DNA of 64,000 bases, taken from Octopus sinensis (taxonomy: Eukaryota). This document shows, piece after piece, positions 1 to 9,661 of this stretch. Each line of letters begins with the position of its first letter. The first letter of the stretch is position 1. The stretch is taken from positions 71,362,001 through 71,426,000 of the forward strand of contig NC_043001.1 in the NCBI RefSeq assembly GCF_006345805.1, read 5' to 3'. A program made the position numbers and the translations under genes. A model generated the notes under the pieces. The model ran no database searches and was not told the origin of the DNA. It worked only from the letters and a program-made list of their open reading frames with translations.

Positions 1-19
1 TATATATATGTGTGTGTGT

Positions 20-617
20 ATATATATCAATTTTTGTGAATTTTAAATTGTCTTTGCAGTTAAATCTATTTACGGATTTACGCATTGTTTTGCATCATTT
101 TAATCCTTCTGGAATAAAAAATAAAAATATAAATTGTTCTTATGTATGGCGACTTTTCAATCACCCTATATATATATATAAATGTATATGTATTTTTTCA
201 ATGTGTACAAATAACACGCAAATAATTAATAAATAGCTACCAGGTATCAAAATTAATTCACATAAGTACCAAGGATGTTACAGCCTACTTATAGAGGTAG
301 AAATTCCAGGGGATAGTGAAATGTTTTTGTATATATAGATAAATAAAGAAATGTAATTAAAAGCAGGTGTTATTCAAATATTTATACTTCCGACATATGT
401 TTCGAAGAAAATATTCGTATTATTCCAGAAGGATTAAAATGATGCAAAACAATGCGATCAGAAAAAAAAGAGAAACAAACCACATCAATAAGCCATTTTG
501 ACCGAATGTGATTACTGCGTCTATCATGAAAGGAACACTGGCAAGTTAGTTTTTTAAATATCCGTAAATAGATTTAACCGCAAAGACAATTTAAAATTCA
601 CAAAAATTGATATATAT
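20..617. repeat. Inverted pair of PLE pseudo-LTR-like fragments
   Basis: 20-66 is the reverse complement of 561-617 and 71-106 of ~421-456. Flanked by (TA)n. The minus strand has a hammerhead-like 3' half (cttcGAAACATATGTC) at ~388-407. Confidence 0.6.
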
Positions 618-755
618 AAGCAAGAATCGCAGTAGGGAATTGTATCAGTGAACAGGTCGCAGTTTCAAAGCGACAAAAATATTTCGACAAATTATATTAA
701 AATGTTGATGTGAATTTAACAGTTTTTGTGTGTTTTTAAATGGCTTATAAACATG

Positions 756-1455
756 TAAGTAGAAAGAATAGCCAAAACTTTTTGACTGCTTTTTCTAAAT
801 TCGGTGTGTGGTGAGGCAAATCGTTGCTAAACCCTTAATTACGTAGTATTACTTAAACCTTCCTTGAATGGGGCTTTTACATGCCGAACTCTACTTGGTG
901 AAATTAATGATTATTTCTAAATTAATTAATTAATTTCACCCTTTATTATTGATAATTATATTTCATCCCAGTAAAAACAACTGTACCATCTTATTTTGGC
1001 AGCACGCTGGCGGAAGGGGGATGGTGACATACTTTCATTCACCTTTTGAATTTGGTGGTACTGGTAATGGCTTACGCTCGCTCTGATACCATGGGTTGAG
1101 GTGATGTCTTCTAGTGCCTTCAAATTTAAAACACAATTATTAATAATTGAGAGGCAATTATTTATAATTGAAGAGTCCTACGCTGAAGAGGAAAATAGTT
1201 AGGTAAGACATAATTATTTAATTTTTATGCTCTGCTATGACTTAATTCCGAAACGTACGTCCGTAAGTGACTTAATATAGAATGATTGTCGTCATTTCTT
1301 TCTCTTTTGCCTGCGTCGTTTGCTCTTTAAGTGCTGTGGTTTTACTGGGACTTCCCTTTTAAGTAGAAAGAATAGCCAAAACTTTTTGACTGCTATTTCT
1401 AAATTCGGTGTGTGGTGAGGCAAATCGTTGCTAAACCCTTAATTACGTAGTATTA
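756..1455 (+). mobile_element. Non-autonomous, terminally redundant retrozyme-like element, family 1 (604-bp period)
   Basis: 96-bp direct repeats at 756-851 and 1360-1455, an internal hammerhead at 1177-1267, no ORF, and a (TA)n tract starting at 1456. Confidence 0.75.
1177..1267 (+). ncRNA. Type I hammerhead ribozyme, minimal, with palindromic stem III
   Basis: tacg-CTGAAGA(1183)-GGAA...TTCC-GAA-ACGTACGT-C(1261)-cgta. The core is canonical, stem I is tacg/cgta, and the cleavage triplet is GUC. Confidence 0.8.
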
Positions 1456-1705
<250 letters not shown>

Positions 1706-1711
1706 ACACAC

Positions 1712-1837
1712 ATGACGGGTTTCTTTCAGTTTACGTTTACCAAATTCGCTCTTTGATCGGCTTGGGGCTATATTTAAAATACTTTCCTATGTCTTCGGAT
1801 TGTAAATATCATACTACACAAACCACGCCGGCGCATA

Positions 1838-1871
<34 letters not shown>

Positions 1872-1990
1872 CTGTGTGTGTGTGTGTGTATACACGTATA
1901 AATGCATGCATACATGTATATGTAGTTGTCTTTCTCTACTTTGTTGTACCCAACATAGCCATACTGGAACACCGCCTAAACATTAAATGT
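1712..1990 (-). mobile_element. SINE family B fragments
   Basis: gacgggtttctttcagtttacgtttaccaaattcgctc matches the reverse complement of family B copies such as 18929-19420. Confidence 0.55.
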
Positions 1991-3154
1991 TCCGTGTGTT
2001 TGGAAGTTTCTGCATGTTTTCAGGGCATCTGTAATCGCTGAATCAAGTAAATGCTCTATCTTGGTATTTGCACTCGTAGTTTATGGGGAGAGACAGATAG
2101 ATGCAAAGAGAATGACTGACAGAAATTGATGAAACTACAAAATACGAGTGAGAACTAAAGAAGGGATAAATGAGAGAGTCGACGAGAATGATGATTTCTT
2201 CTCAATGCAATATTCTAGGTCAAATGCTTTTCAATTGCTAATCATATCCGTGATACAAGTGTTTAAGCTTTTCACTCAATATGACGTAATCTGGAATGTA
2301 TGTTGACACAATAAATATCTGCAATGCGTAACTTGAGATGTTTTGTAGCATACTTCTCTCTCACTTATCGACTCTTTCCCTCGCTCTCACATTCTCTCTT
2401 TCTCTCTTTCTCTCCCTCCTCCCCCCTCTCTCTCTCTCTCTCTCACACACCACACACACGCTCTGGGTGAGATGATGTGGGTGGGTTAATAAGAGACGGC
2501 AAGTGATGTTCGAATAAAATCAAGTGGCATGGAGAACATTTGGCAAGAGTCGGTATTAAAATATTGAAAACTCTAGCATCAACAAACACTAGAGTTCAAA
2601 GACAAACAATGAAATATTGAAATCATAGCAGACACATGAAACAAAAATGTATGAGATCATTCTAAACTTTATTTATAGTTCCAAAATAATTTATACAGAC
2701 ATACACGCGCACGTGGGCACACTGATACGCACACAAACACACACACTCATATAGGCACACACATACACTCATATAGGCACACAAATATATGGCCGTGCTT
2801 TATGTGAATGCATTTATTTGTTTAGGTGTATGGATATGTATTCGTCTGTTATGAGCAGAGAGGCATACTTGAAAAGTACATAAGCCTAAGTATAAGCGCG
2901 CGCGTGTGTGTGTGTATGTGTGTGCGTCTATGTGTGTGTATATAATTATACTGCACAAAAACAACGCCGTTCAAATAGCTTATACCCCCTGCACCACACA
3001 CATTACACTCTTATTCACACAGACCTATTCAGCGTCTCATTGTTGTTTTTCTTGCTACTTACCTAGCACTCGCTCGCACACTTATACATACATGTACATT
3101 TTGACATTTCTATTATATATATGCATATATAGGTGCATATAACTATATAATTAT

Positions 3155-3203
<49 letters not shown>

Positions 3204-3393
3204 ATATATATTAAAGGGCTTAGTAAAATAAATTACTTTGCCGCATACTGAACTCGTTAGAAATAGCAGCTAAAAAAACTTTTTATAAAACTATTTCTAA
3301 CACTTAAAGAAAACCTCTCTCATATAGTGTTTGCTCATTCAACTCAAGGAGTATGGGGGTAGAGACATTAAAAAATCAAATGCAAAGGTTATT

Positions 3394-3446
3394 TGAGTAC
3401 GTACGTTTCAAGATTAGTCAAAATCGACCCTTCTCTCATCAGCTCA
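3394..3446 (-). ncRNA. Type I hammerhead ribozyme
   Basis: Reverse complement reads tgag-CTGATGA-GAGA...TCTT-GAA-ACGTACGT-A-ctca. Confidence 0.8.
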
Positions 3447-4041
3447 GAATGCCCTTGTTTGAATCTGAAAACACTGAAAATGGGAGCATACCCTTTCGGC
3501 TTGTTATCGCTTCTGAAGATCTGTTCCAAACTAACAGTGCCAACAAACTCAAATATGCAAGCGAAGAATTTCTGCTCTCCCCTTTCCACCACTATGTTTT
3601 TTTCGGTAAAATCCGAGAGAGGTTTTCTTTAAGTGTTAGAAATAGTTTTATAAAAAGTTTTTTTAGCTGCTATTTCTAACGAGTTCAGTATGCGGCAAAG
3701 TAATTTATTTTACAAGCCCTTTTATATATGTAATAATTTGAATTCGCCTTAAATGGTCCCTTTGCATACTGAATACTTGGTGAAATTGATTAATTAATTA
3801 ATTAATTTTACCCTCAATTGTTGAAATTATAATTCATCTCTCTCTACTTAATGTCTCGGATTTTACCGAAAAAAATAGTTTTGCTGATTTTAACCCACGC
3901 TGGTGGAAAGGGAGAGCAGAATTCTTCGCTTGCATATTTGAGTTGTGTGGCACTGTTAGTTTGGAACAGATCTCAGAAGCGATAACAAGCCGAAAGGGTA
4001 TGCTCCCATTTCAGTGTTTTCAGATTCAAACAAGGGCATTC

Positions 4042-4093
4042 TGAGCTGATGAGAGAAGGGTCGATTTTGACTATCTTGAAACGTACGTACTCA
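4042..4093 (+). ncRNA. Type I hammerhead ribozyme
   Basis: tgag-CTGATGA(4046)-GAGA...TCTT-GAAACGTACGTA(4089)-ctca. Stem I is tgag/ctca and the triplet is GUA. Confidence 0.8.
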
Positions 4094-4421
4094 AATAACC
4101 TTTGCATTTGATTTTTTAATGTCTCTACCCCCATACTTCCTTGAGTTGAATTGAGCAAACACTATATGAGAGAGGTTTTCTTTAAGTGTTAGAAATAGTT
4201 TTATAAAAAGTTTTTTTAGCTGCTATTTCTAACGAGTTCAGTATGCGGCAAAGTAATTTATTTTACTAAGCCCTTTTATATAATGTAATAATTTGAATTC
4301 GCCTTAAATGGTCCCTTTGCATACTGAATACTTGTGAAATTGATTAATTAATTAATTAATTTTACCCTCAATTGTTGAAAATATATATATATATATATAC
4401 TTACATACATGTATATACATA

Positions 4422-4472
<51 letters not shown>

Positions 4473-4751
4473 ATATAATATATTGTATATATATACACAT
4501 GCATAGATATATATATATACATTCAAAAATCGATAATAGAGTCCCTGGAAGGGAACTTTATATATAGTCAAGGGAATTAACCCATCCATTTTCCTAAATG
4601 GTATAAATCAAATTGGGTATACTTATATCTTAATATTTGAACTGTTAGAGTTATTTTCCCAATTTATCCAGTAAACCCTTAAACGAGTAAATAGTATTTT
4701 CCTAAACAATATAGCCACTTATTTCGGTTAGTGACTTATTCACGAATATAC

Positions 4752-5187
4752 CAACACTAGCGCCGCTGAGGGTAATATTCTCTGGAACGCACAATACTCC
4801 ATTTCAGAGTTATTTACTTTGAATTGTTATTATCTCATATCTGATTAGCCTGTTATTACGTCACATGCTTCACAATTTTAGTATACATACCTTATATGTA
4901 TTTTCTTCTAACCTCTATATCTTCTGGAAATGCATTAAAGCCCTTTTCAGGACTATTATATTTGAATTCTGACTATCGGGTAACTAATTTCCTGTTATTA
5001 TATAAATGACTTCACAATTTGTGCATTTATAACTTATAGAAAATTCCTAAAAACAAGATCCTGTGTAAGTTTGGTATTCTCTGTAAATGCACAAAAACCG
5101 CTTTAAGTGCCACATAATTTGTATTGTTTTTATTAGGTTAACGAAACAATTATGAGAACGGAACCAAGGGATAAACTCCGCTTTCTC
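4752..5187 (+). mobile_element. Helitron 3'-region fragment, terminus missing
   Basis: Colinear with the reverse complement of ~48095-48531, the 3' non-coding part of the Pif1-helicase Helitron. Confidence 0.7.
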
Positions 5188-5188
5188 G

Positions 5189-5497
5189 CGCCCGGCGCGC
5201 TAACGTTTCTGCCGACTCTCGCCGCCTTAATACATACATATATATATATATATATATATGTATTAAGGCGGCGAGAGCTGGCAGAAACGTTAGCGTCGGG
5301 CGAAATGCTTAGCGGTACTTCGTCTGTCATTACATTCTGAGTTCAAATTCCACCGAGTTCGACTTTGCTTTCATTTTTCGGGGTCGAGAAATAAAGTACC
5401 AGTTTCTCATTGGCGTCCATGTAATCGACTTAATCCCCCTTTGTCTGTCCTTGTTTGTCCCCTCTCTGTTTAGCTCCTTGTGGGCAGTAAAGAAATA
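5189..5497 (+). mobile_element. SINE family A (5267-5497) with a fold-back inverted head copy (5189-5226)
   Basis: GGCGG...TGGCAGAA A-box and GAGTTCAAATTCC B-box; central ctttcat..cggggtcga.aaataaagtacc (Nin/Deu-like) domain; more than 10 related copies in the window. Confidence 0.85.
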
Positions 5498-5552
5498 TAT
5501 ATACATACAAGCATATATATATGAACCTTCAGATTTTAATATGGTCATCCCT

Positions 5553-5589
<37 letters not shown>

Positions 5590-5669
5590 GTATGTATATA
5601 CATATATATGTACACGTATGTATATATAGATATACACACATATGTATATAAATTATATGTGTATATAAT

Positions 5670-6625
5670 TTATCCGTTAGGATTGCCCTCTAAGCGTTAC
5701 CCACCAATCATTCTGCTGGTCCTTAGGCTGTATTTTATTCGTTTGTTCTTGATTAAGATCTGCGACTATTTCCTCACTGTTTTCAGAGTTGGGCCTCATT
5801 TTACATTGATGTAGCTACCATCACTTATAAGACTTGCAAAACTTTCAGAATAGTCAGATTTGTTCATCACCACTGTAGCATTGCTCTTGTCCGCTGGAAG
5901 TATTATGAGGGAATTGTCACTGTAGTCTTTTGATAGCGAAATTTTCTTCCTTGGGGATGTGTGGTTTGAGAAGTTTCGCTTTCTCGAACACCTGTCTCAC
6001 TTTCCACATTAGTTCATCACCCTGAGATTTTGGTATCTTTATGGATATCTCTTCAATAGTGACTATAATGTCCAAGTATGGAATGCACTAGATGGTTGTC
6101 GCAAAGTTGAGACCTTTGTTTAGTGCTGCTTCTTCAAAGATTTCCAGATGTCGGCTACTTACGGTAATTAATTCTTTCACAGGTAGGTGACGGAATTCGG
6201 TCTTCGTTCCCTGACCTTTGAGCTTCATAAACTTAATCTGGCGTATCTTCACCTTCTCAAATGCTTTCATGTACGACTTTTCCAGATCTTGTTGGATTAT
6301 CTTTCTATCATCATCTCTGGTTATTCTCCCAAGTAATGAAGATAACATTCTCTGATTTCGTTATTTAGTTGATGTTTTTTCCAACGGTTATAATGGATCC
6401 TCTCACGGACGAGGGTGTGCCTTGCCCTTTCCGCTACATTTCGAGCTTTATTTGAATCGACTGGTGTCATTACTTTAAAGCCATGGGGTATTAACTTCGA
6501 GTCTCTACATCTAGATAGGAAGGTTTGATGGTTTGAAAGAGGAGCTAGTTTCTTATAAAGTTTCTCTGTATGTATCAATTGAAGCCTAATGTCGGCTCCG
6601 TACGGATTAGATAATACTTTTCTAT
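5670..6625 (-). pseudogene. Penelope/Poseidon-type PLE, N-terminal and pre-RT fragment
   Basis: Motifs FLSRCRDSKLIPHGF, LNKGLNFATT and PADKSNATVVMNK, with frameshifts. Confidence 0.85.
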
Positions 6626-6702
6626 ATTTTAGAGATGGGATTTCTGTACATTATTTACATTGGACATATATGGGTCCTAATCTTGTTTGTTGTTACCACA
6701 AC

Positions 6703-7205
6703 ATACCTGGATGTATTAATAACACGCACTAAGCATGGGTTCAGGACATCCCTATACCGCAAGCCAAACTTCACTTGACGATACCTCAGCTTCAATTCCT
6801 ATCATCCATACAGTTAAAAAGAAGAATTGCTCAGTGCCTAAAACATTGAGCAAAGAATATAAGTAGCGATTCTGATTCACACCACGAAGAAATGATCAAG
6901 CTAAGTATCAATCTATTAATCAACAACTATCCACTCCAATTAGAAAGAGGAGTGGGGATGAAACCTATAAACTGACCACAGTCTGGCTGCCTCATGTAAA
7001 AGGCCTCTCAGAGGAGATACAGAATATATGCGGTCCATAAGACATCAGAACAGTATTCAAGAGCAATACAACATTTTGCAAATATCTCCTTCGTGTAAAA
7101 CCACCAATAGAAGAGAATATAACCAAATACGGCGTGTGCTTCATCCCATGCAGTTGTGGTAGTTTATACAAGGGCAAAACATGCCGCTCATTCAAAATAA
7201 GGGTT
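6703..7205 (+). pseudogene. Penelope/Poseidon-type PLE, RT-thumb and GIY-YIG fragment
   Basis: YLDVLITR..FRTSLYRKP..RYLSFNSYHP and GVCFIPCSCGSLYKGKT (GIY-YIG-like), with several stops. Confidence 0.8.
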
Positions 7206-7427
7206 AGTGCAGATATGATTAGAATATGGGAACCGGTATTAACAAAGATACAAAAGTATTAGCTTTAGAAGCCCTTAAATTCACTCTATTATTGCCCACG
7301 GGCAGTTATAGAGTTAAATTCCTTGCAGCGCCTTGAATAAATTAATTGCAATAATAGTAGTAACCATCAGCAAAAAAAATACCATACGAATGAGAACCCA
7401 GGTTTAGGATTAAAATTCCGCTAGGAT

Positions 7428-7545
7428 TGTATGTATGTATGTATGTGTGTGTCTGTATGTATGTATGTATGTATGTATGTACGTACGTATGTATGTATGT
7501 ATGTATGTATGTATGTATGTATGTATGTATGCGTGTATGTATATA

Positions 7546-7589
<44 letters not shown>

Positions 7590-7592
7590 CAT
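7428..7592. repeat. (TATG)n/(TA)n microsatellite
   Basis: Read directly from the sequence. Confidence 0.95.
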
Positions 7593-7699
7593 ACACACGT
7601 TTAACACGTTTTCGTTTATATTGTCACAGTTTCTCAATGTGTCAATTCGAATTTTGAATGTGACTTGAATTATTAAAAAACTAGTGTCACCCATCATAT

Positions 7700-7903
7700 G
7701 ACAGTCCTTGTTTGTCCTCTCTGTGTTCAGCCCCTTGTGGGTAGTAAAGAAATAGGTATTTGGACTGTCACCACATCAAATTCCGCCGAGGTTGACTTTG
7801 CCTTTCATCCTTTCTGGGTCGATTAAATAAGGACTTAATCCGTTTGTCTGTCCTTGTTTGTCCCCTCTGTGTTTAGCACCTTGTGGGCAATAAAGAAATA
7901 AGA
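7700..7903 (+). mobile_element. SINE family A: a tail fragment followed by a 5'-truncated copy
   Basis: The tail agccccttgtgggtagtaaagaaata is followed by caaattccgccgagg...gtgggcaataaagaaata. Confidence 0.8.
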
Positions 7904-7954
7904 AAGGTTTATTCACAGTCAATTCATGTTTTCCTTTTTGAGATTCCACTGAAA

Positions 7955-8194
7955 GGTGCAGGCATAGGTGAGTGGTAAGAAGCTTGCTTCCCAACTACAT
8001 GGTTCCGAGTTCAGTCCTACTACATGGCACCTTGGGCAGGTGTCTTCTATTACAGCTCCGGGCCGACTAAAGCCTTGTGAGTGTATTTGGTAGATGGAAA
8101 CTGAAAGAAGCTCATCGTATATGTACGCGTATATATATATATCGAATACAGACATACAAACACACACACACACACATACACACACACAACATAT

Positions 8195-8268
<74 letters not shown>

Positions 8269-8555
8269 CGACGGGCTTCTTTCAGTTTCCGTCTACCAAA
8301 TCCACTCACAAGCCTGTCGTATATATGTATATAAATGTATGTGTGTGTATCTGTGGTTGTCCTCCCAACACCGCTTGACAACTGATGCTGGTGTGTTCAC
8401 GCCCCCGTAACCTAGCGGTTCGGCAAAAGAGACCGATAGAATAAGTACTAGGCTTACAATAATAAGTCCTGGGGTTGATTTGCTCGACTAAAGGTGGTGG
8501 TCCAGCATGGCCACAGTCAAATGACTCAAACAAGTAAAAGGGTAAAGAGTAAAGA
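7955..8555 (+). mobile_element. SINE family B with internal microsatellite and an inverted internal piece (8268-8311)
   Basis: tRNA-like head (tggtaag...ggttccgagttcagtcc), ccttgggca.gtg domain, and tail ...gtcaaatgactcaaacaagtaaaag. Confidence 0.85.
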
Positions 8556-8622
8556 GTATATATATATATGAAAAAACAAGTCAAAAATAGAAAATGCTAA
8601 GATAATTTTATAGTGAATCTTT

Positions 8623-8660
8623 CAGTACCGGTTTCGGTCATTTTGAGACCTTTTCAACTG
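8623..8660 (-). ncRNA. Hammerhead ribozyme, U3:A8 core variant (inverted pLTR copy)
   Basis: Reverse complement of 12579-12616. Confidence 0.7.
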
Positions 8661-8962
8661 TAACGATTAAATAATTAAATTTAGAAAAATTAGAAGAAAA
8701 GTTTTTTTAAAAGAATATTTCTGTAGTAGTGTTCAGATATAAGTAGCATTCTGCCTTTCTCTGACTCCCTTGTTTGCACTTGTGTGTTCGAGGTCGTTTT
8801 GAGTTCTTGGTAGGATAGGTGAAGAATAAGGAGGCTGATGTGGAGAGGGGGTGGGGAAATCTGGGAATGCCTTAATGGTCGTATTTTGAATGGTCAGTGG
8901 CTGACAGTAGTCGCAGTTCAATTCAGGAATTGTTTATGGAATTTGCGTAGGCGTTATACTGA

Positions 8963-9661
8963 AATGAGGATAAAATAAAATCCACCGATGAAGATATCAA
9001 CGAAGAAATTCGCAAAATGACCCAAGGCCCAGATCAAGAGAAGTTCTCCAAACTATGGAAAGAGGACTGCGAAAAAGAAGAACTAAAATCTCTCCAACGC
9101 TGGGAGAAAAACGCCATTTGGTTCTCAGACTATGAAGCCGTCTTTCAAACAGATCACGCCTCCAACAACCCTTTCCAGAAAATAAGAAAACCAAAACAAC
9201 ACCCAAACACCGATACACACCTGTCTAAAAATCGGAACCTTCACTACTTTCAAAAAAAGAATACAGGACCTAACCCTAACTCTGTAAGCAGCCAGCGTTA
9301 CAATATCAGGAATACCCCCACTTCAAGCAGAGAAAGGATAAATCAACACCCACAGCATAGACACTGCAACCTTATCCCCACCCAAAAGAGTTACCAACGA
9401 AATCTCCACCCCATAAACCGGTTAAACAACCATGCACAACAAACCCACTCCACTTACAATGATTACCAACGAAGGCCTCCTAGAACACCACACCCGAATA
9501 TGGGATATCGGATGCTCTCCTCAATACTGCTCCAAGAACAACACACCATAAATCACAACAGGAGACCCCACATCAACAAAGAACAACTATATAATAGCTA
9601 CCGTCCCAACCACCGCATTCATTTTTTAGACCCAATACGCAAACACAGAGACACAAGATAG
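8963..9661 (+). CDS. PLE upstream ORF, 5'-truncated; helical/charged N-part then N/Q/H/R-rich low complexity
   Basis: Open from the pLTR junction to TAG at 9659-9661. It overlaps the RT frame across T TTT TTA (9622-9628). Confidence 0.6.
   Translation, partial: NEDKIKSTDEDINEEIRKMTQGPDQEKFSKLWKEDCEKEELKSLQRWEKNAIWFSDYEAVFQTDHASNNPFQKIRKPKQHPNTDTHLSKNRNLHYFQKKNTGPNPNSVSSQRYNIRNTPTSSRERINQHPQHRHCNLIPTQKSYQRNLHPINRLNNHAQQTHSTYNDYQRRPPRTPHPNMGYRMLSSILLQEQHTINHNRRPHINKEQLYNSYRPNHRIHFLDPIRKHRDTR

Larger units (their letters stand above)
3212..4380. mobile_element. Retrozyme-like element, family 2: inverted copy (3212-3617, minus) plus terminally redundant plus-strand unit (3615-4380, 553-bp period)
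   Basis: Direct repeat ~3615-3826 / 4168-4380. 3212-3617 is the reverse complement of ~3855-4277 with a small deletion. Two hammerheads; (TA)n on both sides. Confidence 0.8.

Noticed and set aside
3353-4158. Duplicated ORFs MGVETLKNQMQRLFEYVRFK... on opposite strands
   Set aside because: They lie antisense to the hammerhead strand, start at a non-ATG codon or are frameshifted between copies, and have no recognisable domain; a by-product of the inverted repeat.
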